A stretch of DNA of 63,901 nt, filler included, from Choristocarpus tenellus KU-1152 (Eukaryota; Protista; Phaeophyceae), in assembly GCA_964200185.2 (NCBI GenBank). It is 14 parts of 14 records of this genome, joined end to end, with 100 filler letters (N's around TTAATTAATTAA, not from the genome) between each part and the next. Parts side by side here need not be neighbours in the genome. Positions count along the whole stretch, not along the records: positions 22,367 to 25,502 come from CAXNAD020022062.1; positions 25,603 to 29,040 come from CAXNAD020020028.1; positions 29,141 to 33,044 come from CAXNAD020017227.1; positions 33,145 to 35,804 come from CAXNAD020025877.1; positions 35,905 to 39,820 come from CAXNAD020017170.1; 9 more parts are not named here. The stretch is one strand, 5' to 3'. This document shows positions 25,301-36,199 of this stretch, piece by piece. The notes under the pieces were generated by a model, which saw only the letters and a list, made by a program, of their open reading frames with translations, was not told where the DNA came from and searched no databases. The translations under genes and the position numbers were made by a program. The number at the start of each line of letters is the position of its first letter. Position 1 is the stretch's first letter.

Positions 25301-25502
25301 AATTGCACTTACTGTGGTGTCTGACAAGGTATATGTTTTTGATACAGAGGAAATATGACCAACTACAAACTCAGTTGGTAACTTGATCCCTTTTTGTGAC
25401 AAATTGGCAATTTTGACTAGACATCCTCCATCTTCTTCCCAAACAGTGAGGGTTCGACTGACCATTATGTGTTGCCAGTGGGGATGTATGTCGTCCTCAT
25501 GC
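22367..25502 (-). mobile_element. Ty3/Gypsy pol (RT, RNase H, integrase) with stops and frameshifts
   Basis: RFCVDFR, LDIQSAYW, IYLDDIV, IHVDASNVGTGAFL, ILHSDQGEEF, YRPQGNSICER, in Gypsy domain order. Confidence 0.95.
22713..22973. mobile_element. MITE family A, complete, 4-bp TSD CACG
   Basis: Removing the element plus one CACG restores the integrase frame (AAA ACC GTG GCT AAA GCT, KTVAKA). Confidence 0.93.
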
Positions 25503-25602
25503 NNNNNNNNNNNNNNNNNNNNNNNNNNNNNNNNNNNNNNNNNNNNTTAATTAATTAANNNNNNNNNNNNNNNNNNNNNNNNNNNNNNNNNNNNNNNNNN
25601 NN

Positions 25603-25965
25603 TCCCCCCCCCCTCAGATGCTTTGGGTCAGAGGGTAGAGCCGCGTCCATTTGGGGGGCACTCCAATGCTCCAATGTTGCAATTTTTATGTAATTTTGGT
25701 TATCATATGAATTAAAAATTGTCAATATCCTTGTTCTGGACACATCTTTTCATAACATATACATTTACCTACTCCGAAACATTTTGGAGTAGGAAAATGT
25801 CATGAAAAAACCCAGGAAGCCAAGCCCCAAACGGATAAACAGGGCAAAACTCATACACTCTAAGATGCTTTCACTCATCTGATGTATGCAACCAAATCAC
25901 CCAAAAATTACGACATGAAAAAATTGACCCCAAATAGACAGCTCCTATCCCCCCCCAGATACTCT
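25603..25965. mobile_element. Cluster of nested MITEs: family B end (25603-25629) inside the TIR of a family A copy (25630-25876), then a reversed family B end (25880-25965)
   Basis: CCCCCTCAGATGCTTTGGGTC abuts AGAGGGTAGAG. 25880-25965 is the reverse complement of the start of 34508-34693. Confidence 0.8.
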
Positions 25966-25969
25966 TACC

Positions 25970-26675
25970 CTTTCTCGTCACCTAATATTCCACTGAGTGT
26001 CACAGAAGTACTTGTTTTTCCGGTCCCTCTCGATAGAGAAGGTGCCACGGGTAGATCCAGAGGGCAGAGTGGCCTCGGCGGCTCTTCTTGTCTCTCCGTC
26101 GCGGCTCATGTTGCTGTGTAAGTCACGTGTGTGTGTCCTCACAGAACGTCTGCAAAAAGCGTTAAAAAGATGTCTGGAAATCTTGAAAACAAATTCGGAG
26201 TGAAAGTATCTTAGAGGGTACCAGTTTTGCCCTGTTTGTCCATTTGGGGCTTGACTTCCCAGGGGCTTCTTATGACAATTTCCTACTCCAAAATGTTTTG
26301 GAGTAGGTAAAAAGTATACCTTATGAAAGGTGTGTCCGGATCGAGGATAATAGCACTAGCTAACAAACACGATAGTCAAAATTACGTCAAAATCGCAACA
26401 TTGGGTTTTGACCCCCATTTGGGCATGGCCGTACCCTCTAAGATACTTTGACTCTCGGGAACATCTCACCAGCCAAACTTGGACAGGGACCTACCCCGGA
26501 CCAATTTTCAGCAAGGAGTTCAGCTAACCACTTCATTTTTTTCCGTTTTGAAGGAGTGAACTTCAAAATTGGAGATATCCCCCGCTTTTTTCCCATTATT
26601 TGATGGGGACATAGCTCCCGTTCCCCCAAGCTTATACAAAATCCATTACAACCTTCAAAAGGTCTTGTCATACCC
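25970..26675 (-). mobile_element. 5' end of an unclassified repeated element (GGGTATGACA terminus plus a decayed ORF start); second copy at 61749-62200
   Basis: About 450 bp collinear with 61749-62200 once the MITE at 26198-26454 is removed. Confidence 0.65.
26198..26454. mobile_element. MITE family A, complete, 3-bp TSD TCG
   Basis: Both TIRs and the hairpin are present. Confidence 0.92.
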
Positions 26676-27010
26676 TTTCATTTGATATATACTGTTGTAT
26701 ATCTGTTGCGGCTACACGGTGAAAAACATCAAGATTGCCATAGAGGGCGAAGCTACTGGTACCACTTTACCACTTGGGGCTTGACACTTATACTTGTTCC
26801 CGAACGATGACAGAGTGACTCCCTTGCTATATGTGCTTACCATGTGCCTTCAAGAGTAGTTACATGTAGATAGGTATTGAATATTGCCCTCGGTGAGGCC
26901 ATTTGGATGAAGCTGTGATGGTGCAGCAAGCACCGCATCTACTCTACCCTTGCACAGTATACCATTGTCATATGTATAACATACTGTAACTTAAATAAAA
27001 TTATACTCAT

Positions 27011-27269
27011 GGGCCAAATTATCTTAGAGGGTAGGGCCATGTCCATTTGGGGGTCAAAATCCAATGTTGCAATTTTGATGTAATTTTGGCTATGATGTTT
27101 GATAGGGGATGCCAATACCCTTGTTCCGTACACTCCCTTTTCAAAACTTACACATTTTACCTACTCGGAAAGATTTTGGGGTAGTTAATATGTCATTAAA
27201 AACGCGTAGGAAGCCAGTCCGAAATGGACACACAGGGTAAAATTCGTACCCTCTCAGATACTTTTGCTC
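27011..27269. mobile_element. MITE family A, complete, 4-bp TSD TCAT
   Basis: Both TIRs present (GGGCCAAA.../...TTTTGCTC). Confidence 0.9.
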
Positions 27270-27599
27270 TCATTACGATGTATTCACTCACATGTATAGC
27301 ACACCTTCCCAAGAAAAGCATCTGCAAGCCGTTGGATGGCTGGACAGACAACTTGCATTTCAAACCAAATCAACGTTCAAAGCCAATCTCCCTCCAATGC
27401 CCAGTCCTACCTATTCAATTGCACTTTACAAGGATACTGTACAGTACAGTATCAAAACGACACCATGGATCAAATTTTAAATGATCGTTGTAAAATTTTG
27501 TCTGGCTCCACTGTCCCAAATCCAAACCTTAACCCATGACGGTCTCTTGAAGGGAAGTGATTTTATCTTACCAGCAAGATAACTCACTTGATTGATTAC

Positions 27600-29030
27600 C
27601 GGAAAAACTGCCAATCTTGGTTGTCCTTCGCCAGATCCATACAATTTTGGTCCTCTTAGAACCATCCTCCCCCCATCCGATTCTTCTTTTTCTAGATGTT
27701 CAAAGATTCCAGACCCCTTGACGATCCCGATTTTCTTTGCGGACATGCGAAGCTTTGATGTCCTATTTCCCCACATACAAAGCAAGTAATGCCCCCTTCA
27801 CTCGCCTTCTGTTTCTTGATTGTGGGCACTTGGATCAGAAGTGAGGTCCTCCACATTCCCGACAATTGGGTTGTCCGCCAGTGCGTCTGCATTGCCGTCC
27901 TGCCACCAGTGCGCCAGGTCTCACCCCAGCCGATTCCGTCCCTCTTTGGATGGTGTGCAATAGATATATTTTAAGGACTAATTTTTCCACTTTAATCCGC
28001 CCTTCTAACGACTCATCATCATCTATCTGGGACAAGATGTCCAGATACTCCTTGCCGAGTGAATTTTGTAGCCAACCCACCAGATCTGTTACAGGCGAAT
28101 AACGCAAGCATTTCTTTCTGCATGCCGAAATGCGCGAACAGTACACATACGTAAGAATTAATGCAAGAGGAACTTTGAATTGATAGAAGATGCAGAGTAA
28201 GTTTAGAAATATACATAATCTCACAGAATAAATGTCATTTCTTGAAAGTTGCAGAATGAAGATTTATGATTGAAGTATCTACATAGCAGTTTGAAGACTT
28301 CATTTAAATCTTTGGCTGTAGAAAAATGATGGATGAAAGCTAATAAAAGGCTGAAGGCTGACCACATCCTTCAGTTCCTTTTTTATATTATCTCTTTTGA
28401 TAAAGCCAAAAGCGAGACATTGACTGAGCTAAGCATCAAGCTGACACCATACGTGGTTATCATCTGTCGATCCCCCCCTCGTAGCGTCGTTATAACGTCG
28501 TTGGGTTTGAGTTGCATATCCTGTGGAGGTGAGTTCTGAGGGGCGCCTGTAACAGATCTTCCTCTGTCACGGAACCTCCCAAGCTCTTCAGTTGCACTAT
28601 AAGAGCCTCTTGCCGGTTGATGATGTCAGCAGGATCTCCCCCAGGTTCCAGCACCATGTCCATCAATTGCCGTTTCACGAGATTTCTCTCCGTTTGTCCA
28701 GAATAAGCATTCCTGCTGTCGCCTCCTGCAGTCCATTGATAGCATACATCGTCGCATGGTGCAGATATGGGTCCACACCCGCCGGGGAATACTTCAACGA
28801 CGGTACCCTCAGACGCCCCTTAGTTACTAGTGACTCCCTCCATCCCGATGAGAGAGCATGTGTAAGAAATATTTTGCTCCACTTCCTCCACATCCCTGGT
28901 TCCTCCTTGAACGCAGGTTGTATTGAGGAATATTTCTTCAGTTTCGGGGCAAATACAGGTCTAGCCCCCAGGGCCACTGTATCTCTAGCCCCAGCCCTAA
29001 CCTCGCCCCATTGCGAAGCTGATGTCCCAT
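27600..29030 (-). mobile_element. Decayed Copia-type gag with zinc knuckle
   Basis: LMDMVLEPGGDPADIINRQEALIVQLKSLGGSVTEEDL (Retrotran_gag_2-like) and CFVCGEIGHQSFACP (CX2CX4HX4C). Confidence 0.75.
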
Positions 29031-29644
29031 CATAACTCTCNNNNNNNNNNNNNNNNNNNNNNNNNNNNNNNNNNNNNNNNNNNNTTAATTAATTAANNNN
29101 NNNNNNNNNNNNNNNNNNNNNNNNNNNNNNNNNNNNNNNNCATTCATAAATTGTTTCTTCTACAGAATCTTCTTTTACACATGAGTAAAAAGCATATTCT
29201 TAACACCCGTGTATCATATATGATACTCATCTTGAGGATTAGACCTTTGTTCTTATTTGTTTAACACAGAGCGTGTCCAATCCAAGGTTCAGACTACTAA
29301 AATATAAAACATTTTTTAAACAACTCTTTTCCATATTTTCTACTAAGTTTCCAATCAATTCGCCAACGCCTGCGATAGATACGTTGTCTTTACCAGCTGC
29401 TAATTATTCCCTGAACCCTACTACTTAGCTCCCCCCTGATTCTCAATACTCTATGCACGTATCATGCTTGTCCAAGTGTCGACAGACGAGGGCCGATCCC
29501 ATCCTCCTTCAAATCTTGGAAGAACATATCCCGAAGTCAATATCCGATGCTCCTATGCACAACACCAACCCTCAGACTACCCCAAACACGTGCCATGAAC
29601 TCAACAAATGGCCTGGATCGACACCCCTGTACACTGACACTAAC

Positions 29645-29904
29645 GAGTGAAAGTATCTTAGAGGGTACGAGTTTTGCCCTGTTTGTCCATTTGGGGCTTG
29701 GCTTCCTATGGGATTTTTTGTTACATTTTCCTACTCCAAAATGTTTCGGAGTAGGTAAATTGTATACGTTATGAAAAGAACTGTCCGGAACAAGGATATT
29801 GACACTTCCTAACAAACACAATATCCAAAATTTAATCAAAATCGGAACATTGGATTTTGGCCCCCAAAATGGACGCGGCCCTACCCTTTAAGATACTTCG
29901 GCTC
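29645..29904. mobile_element. MITE family A, complete, 4-bp TSD TAAC
   Basis: Both TIRs and the hairpin are present. Confidence 0.93.
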
Positions 29905-30129
29905 TAACCGTAACCTTACCCTAAGCCCATCTGCATCCCGCGGCAACCTAAAATCGACAAGCGTCTTACCTTAATTACGGTACCGTCATCGTCCCTACTT
30001 ACGCCAAACCAACCCTAGCTCATCAGGATTTAATCAACCCACTAGCCCTAACCCCGAATCAAGGGAAGTATATCTTAAGATATTTCCAGCGAAACGTAGA
30101 CCTTGATCAACAACCCTTTGTGACACATC

Positions 30130-31060
30130 CAGAATCCGTCGAAATGTTATATCAAAGAAACACTACACTAACCCGAAAGCAAAACCTAACCCTTTTCCCT
30201 TCCTTCATGCCAACAACTTTAACCCTAACACCCTGACCGAAAACCTCATTTGTGCATACTAAATCCGACACATGCAAGCAAATAACGAAACACCAAATAT
30301 AAAACAGTCTATAAATTATTTTTTTATTCCTCGTGCACACACCGGGACAACAGGCCGTAACTGACAATCCTCTTTGTGTACATACCAGACACGACTCATG
30401 CAAGCAAATAAAGAGTGAAATTATCTTAGAGGGTATGGGTTTTGCCCTGTTTGTCCAGTTGGGGCTTGGCTTCCCACGAGTTTTTAATGACATTTTACCT
30501 AGTCCAATATGTTTCAGATTAGGTAATCGTATAAATTATGAGAAGTTGCGTCCGGAACAAGGACATTGACATTCCCTAACAAACATGATAGCCAAAATTA
30601 CATCAAAATTGCAGCATTGGATTTTGCCCCCAGATGGATGCAGCTCTACCCTCTAAGTTACTTTGGCTCAAACGAAAAGCTTAACTTCAAAACAGTCCAT
30701 GGTCTTTTTTTCAATTCCTCGTGCTAACACTGGGACAACACACCCTAACCGACAGCCCTCTTTATGTGCTAACTAAATCCCACTCATGCAACACCAAACA
30801 AACCAGTAACTAACCCTGGAACAACCATTGGCATATCTCTCATTCTTCATCCTAACTATACGACCAACATACACCAACCAATAAGCCTGTTTGAACACAT
30901 TCGAAATCCGACACCTGCAAGCGTCGAAACTCCTAACCAAGCCCAAATAAATGGTGGCATATATTCCCGTTTCCTCGTGCGTACGCAAGGACAAAAGGAA
31001 CCTAACCGGCAGCCCTCTTTTTCCCCCTCACATTGCAAATCCGACACGTGCAACCAAATC
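30130..31060 (+). repeat. Degenerate ~128-bp tandem repeat (5-6 units), interrupted by a MITE
   Basis: AAATCCGACACNTGCAA anchors at ~30261, 30387, 30775, 30904 and 31037 (spacing 126-133 bp after removing the MITE). TTCCTCGTGC..GGACAA..CCTAACCG..CCCTCTTT recurs. Confidence 0.75.
30413..30669. mobile_element. MITE family A, complete, 3-bp TSD AAA
   Basis: Both TIRs present. Confidence 0.9.
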
Positions 31061-31084
31061 ATACCAAAAAATGAAAATCGAAAA

Positions 31085-31136
31085 AAGGGTCAAAAACGGA
31101 TGCCGACACCCTCCCCCCCCCCAGATACTTTGACCC
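31085..31136. mobile_element. Family B-type end
   Basis: CCCCCCCCAGATACTTTGACCC. Confidence 0.7.
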
Positions 31137-32199
31137 GGGAAACACTATTGGAAGTTTGCATGACCCCAATACCTGCATTGGTGGAATATTGCACTCTGGG
31201 ATTTGCTGGAAGTAACGTACCTTTGCCTGCTTGATGAAGATGTGGTAAGCCATTGCCACACCCCCAAAGAGCAGTGCTGCGCCAAAAACAGAGATGAGGC
31301 GTAATTCTCCCCTCCTGCACCTGTGTGAAGGAGTACCTGGACAGGCATTCTCGAGTGAACTTGTGTGGATGCCATAGCAGAGCAGATATCCATACTTGAC
31401 TAGTACATTGGGCAGGTCTCTTGACGAGTATTATCGAGTTGGGAATCCAGTTAAACTCTCTGCCAACCCTGAACCAGTCTGGTTATATTACTACTTATGA
31501 TACTTCGAACTACTAATATTGAAGGGATCAAAGAGTGGAAATTCACTGTCCAAAGCGTTGTTGACACTGATTACTGATTTTCAATTAACTGCAGATATAG
31601 CAACAGAGGGGGCAGCAGTGGCAGCGACAGCAATGTTTGTGATATTTCAACTATTCTTGCATCCCCGCCACACCTGAGTTGACAGCTCATCCTTACGAAA
31701 GCCCTCAATAACTCAGTTTTTGGGAAGAGGGGTAAGTCTGAAGCACCTACCAATGGTGCAACTACCGTAGATATGAAGTCTGTCCCACGGAGGAATAAAT
31801 GTGTGCATGGTCGACAGGAATATGTGATGTTGATTGACGAAGCGACCAAACAGAAAGACGTCTCTCCTGTATTGAAGATACTCCAGGAACTTAGCTACAA
31901 AGAACAAATGACAAAAAGACGACCAATGCCATATGGTGATTCAGCCCAGAGGAAAGAAAAAAAGAAGCCTTGAAATGTATCCACTATCCATGGTCAGATG
32001 TTAACCCTATCTGAGGAAGGAAGGCAACAATAGAAACCTAACCAAGTAGGGTGGTCAAGTACCTTACTAGAAAACTGAACCACCGAAACGTGTGGCATGA
32101 TGATTTCTGTACAATCATGATTAACTTCCAGGAGAGTATGACTGGGGGAGCAAGTGTTTTGATATTGTGTATTGCTCCACAGAGAGTAGAGTTAAAAAT

Positions 32200-32978
32200 T
32201 CGGCACTACTGGCGTTGAACCGCGCATCATTCTGAAATGTCGTGCAACTCTTTAATGTCAATTTTAGCAGCAAAAAACATAGATCCTCTTTGCTGTTTAC
32301 AAAGAAAGTACATCAAAATAAAAATAGAAAACTTTCATCGTGTAACTCCACTTGGGCGATTACGAAATAGGTACATCACTCACTGTAGAATCGAAAAAGA
32401 TTCGTAATGTACATATTATTTTGGCAGTAAAAAAACACACACACACACACACACACCAGAAACGGACAACTCTCGTCATGCAGGCACTCTCCTTGAAGGT
32501 TACAAAATGGGTACATCACATCAGATATGCGCAACCTTCTCTCGAAATACATCTCCTTCTTCGCAATTAGAAAATAGGGACATTTCAGTAGAAATGGACA
32601 ACAGTCGAGATGTAGGTCATTTCAGGTGATTTGGAAATACATACATCATGGTATATAACTGGACAAGACTCTAAATGTACGTGTTCTTTTGCGAATTTGA
32701 GAATATATACCGAAAAGAATGACAAATATCGTAATGTAACTACTCTTTGGTTGCTACAAAATAGGTACATCACAGTAGAAGTATACAACCTCGTAGTGCA
32801 GGTTTTCTTGGGACTACTACAACGTAGGTAAATCAGAGTAGAAATGGACTGCTCTCGTAATGTAAATCCTCTGTGACGACGACAAAATAGATACATCAAA
32901 GTAGAAATAGACAACTCTCGCAATGTAGCTCCTCTTTCGTGGTTGCAAAATAGGCTGATAGAAGTGCAATGGACAACT
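32200..32978 (-). repeat. Degenerate 63-bp tandem repeat encoding a 21-aa LRR-like motif
   Basis: AAAATAG anchors at 32571, 32758, 32884 and 32947 (near-multiples of 63). Translation LFCNHERGATLRELSISTLMY / LFCRRHRGFTLREQSISTLIY / LFCSNQRVVTLRYLSF. Interrupted by a (CA)n run at ~32435. Confidence 0.7.
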
Positions 32979-33044
32979 GGGTCAAAGTATCTTGGGGGGG
33001 GGCTGGTTTGTGAGGGGGCGTCCGTTTCGGTCAAATAACTCTTT
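32979..33044. mobile_element. Family B-type end at contig end
   Basis: GGGTCAAAGTATCTTGGGGGGGGG. Confidence 0.75.
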
Positions 33045-34507
33045 NNNNNNNNNNNNNNNNNNNNNNNNNNNNNNNNNNNNNNNNNNNNTTAATTAATTAA
33101 NNNNNNNNNNNNNNNNNNNNNNNNNNNNNNNNNNNNNNNNNNNNGGTTGGGTGGTGGGTGTTTTTGTGGGTGGTTTTGTTGGGGTTGTGTTATGTGTGTT
33201 TTGGGTGTTTGAGGTGCAAGTGGTCTGATGACATGCATCACATGTCTTCTCACGTGTTGGAATGTGTCTTGAAGAGGTTATTATTGTTGCTTGGAACCTG
33301 CTTGCATAACAGTAAAATACTAAGGATGGTGAAGGATGTGACCTTGAGCTCTGCTGTTGTGGACAAGAATAAGGCACATAAAAGGTGTGCCTTATTTTCA
33401 TCCTGAGGAGTAGTGTCATATGTATTGTCATATGTTCTTATTTTCTTTGTGAGATACCTAACAGACCAGACTCAAACCTACTTAAAGCTGCTGGGGAGCA
33501 ACATACGGAGAGGGAGTAATTGCTTGATACTGAGGAGAAGGGGACAGGGAGCTTTTGTAGTCTTGTATCATGTTCATTGTTTCGTGTTAACACCCATGCA
33601 TACACTCCCTACAAATGCCCCCACATGCCCCAGGTTGACTTGCTCCCTCATGTCATGCCCATATAGGCATGTAGAACAGGGAAGTCCCTAACACTTGTTT
33701 TTTTTTTTTACTTGTGTATGATCGTTGTACACTTTGTGAGTACCTACCTTGTGCTTGTGACATGGTTTAAACATCTACCTTACATTGATAACCTCTTTTT
33801 ATATTTCAGGTGCCTGTCTGATTGGCTTACTGTGATAAAATGTATTTATATTGATACTACTAAGAATATTTTTTCAACACTTGGGTTTTTTGTTCACTCT
33901 GAGCAATACTGAGATCTAGCGCCATCATCATACTCTTGAGAGGAGATTATATTCCTGAAATATGTGTAACAAAATCCCCCCTTCTGATGAGCAATTTTTT
34001 CAACAGGTAGGTGTGGGGTTCTAATACATTGGAAAGGCATTTTTTATAGCTTTGCAATGAGTGGCGTTCATTAGGTAAAATAACTCGCATAGATTTGCTG
34101 AGATCTTAGGGTAAATTTGTATTTGCTAAAGCAACAAGAATAGTTAGTCCCTGATGCCATCTCCTGTATTATTATTTTGAACCTGCCCCTGCAAACTGTT
34201 TCAAATAAAATATTCGGAACAGAGGGAAGCATGCAAAGAATAATTAAAAATATTGATTATCAATTTTATTCTTGGAGTATGTGCAACTTGGTCAGCTCCA
34301 GTGAAGCCTGGAAGGATTGCAGAGGAGTCCACAAGGAAAGAGAGTATTATCTATACAGCCCATATTGTCACAGGCAAGCAAAAATCTCCATATGCTGCTG
34401 CTCAGAAACTGCTGTAATTTTCAGGAACTATTCATGAGATAGATGAATCATGTTTTATCTCTGTCAGGGTCGTAGTTCAGGTGTCAGAGGGAGAATACGA
34501 CCACACT

Positions 34508-34693
34508 GGCTCAAAGTATCTGGGGGGGAGTGGCGGTTGTCCATTTTGGGTCAATTTTTTCATGTCGCAATTTTTGGGTGATTTGGTTGTGCATCCATTG
34601 GATGGATAATGATGGAAATGCACTCTTTCTGGTCATGGCCCAAATGGACACCCCTGGTGTATACCCACCCCCCACCCCCAGATACTTTGGGTA
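34508..34693. mobile_element. MITE family B, complete (186 bp), 3-bp TSD ACT
   Basis: TIR GGCTCAAAGTATCTGGGGGGG / CCCCCAGATACTTTGGGTA. Further family B ends at 39793, 46306-46346, 50727 and 56078. Confidence 0.85.
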
Positions 34694-36199
34694 ACTTCTA
34701 GTAGGAACTAGCAGGAATGAGGTGTGTGTATGTCGTTTGTTGGTGTGGTGTATTGAACGGTACTTACCGTTACAGCTGGTGTTGCGTACGTACATTCATG
34801 ACGTGATCAGTACCGGAAAATTGCAATCGAAATAGCAATATACAAAGCGTATTACTGTTGTGAACAATTCTTCTTGTTGTATGTAGTAAAATCTAAACTT
34901 AACTACATCACACACTAAACTAACTACATGATACCCATAACCCTGAAAATAGAAATAAAAAAATATATATATACTGAGAAAGGAAGCTCTCCAAATGAAT
35001 GAAGCGAAGTGCATCACAACATGACAATTTACTATTACATGACAATTACTATTTCATACTAGGTGACATTTACTTCCTGCTGGAAAAGGGCTGGCTATCC
35101 ATGTACTTCTAATGATCCACAAAATCTTGGTTCAGCTCGGAGCGCTACCCCCTCTCCATAGATAGCAAGCTTCAAGAGCATCCCCTCTACCTGTGCTCCT
35201 CAATCACCCTCTTCAATCGCTACACTACTCCAACACTCTCTACACACTGACTTACCATTTTCTTTTTCAAGGAGGGCACAGGGTGGGCTACAAATTCCTC
35301 AAATGAAATTTATTTACCTCTTTTCGACACAAACAAATTTACCTCTTTTCGACACAAATGGCATCCCATCACCACCGCCACCGCCATCGCCATCACCACT
35401 ACCAAAGTAAGGTACAGTTTCTTCAACAACGATCTACATCCGTTATTTTATTATTTGAACAAAAAACAGGCGACAAGGGAAAAATGCCTGCTTCAAATTA
35501 ACTCTATACCCACTCCAGTGTGTCACAAGGGTGTCATTGCCCGTCAATAGATTCAAAAGGCCAACAGCACCCACTAAGAAGACCAAAATAGAACAATAAA
35601 CAATCCGACACTGACAGGATATCATCCAATGTATCATAGGCAGGTATGGTTGGGGCAGCAGACCATTCTTGTGAATCTCAACAAAAAAAGTCTGGGAAGT
35701 TTCCCTTCCTACACGACTCATCATATCCCATGCCTGGCTGGCTCAAATTGAGTAGAGGCGTATCTTATATGCCCCCCCCCCCCCCCCCCCCCCCCTTAAG
35801 TAATNNNNNNNNNNNNNNNNNNNNNNNNNNNNNNNNNNNNNNNNNNNNTTAATTAATTAANNNNNNNNNNNNNNNNNNNNNNNNNNNNNNNNNNNNNNNN
35901 NNNNGTGACAGGAAATCAGGGGCAAATGGGTCGCACTGATTGGTCATCAGATGGGGGGGGGGGATGACAGGAAATCAGTGACGAAGGGGTCACAATGGGC
36001 TGGTCAGAAGAGGGAATACATGGGGAAGGAAAGGAATGGAAAAATAGGGGAATGGCAAACAAGGAATAAGTCAATAATAATAATATCGAACTCGTGAGCA
36101 AAACCAAAAGGTAAATGTTTTCATTCAACTAGGAGTTCAGAACATTTTAAGAGTAAGAACATATTTGGTTGAAAGAAAATGACGAAATGTTTTGTATGA

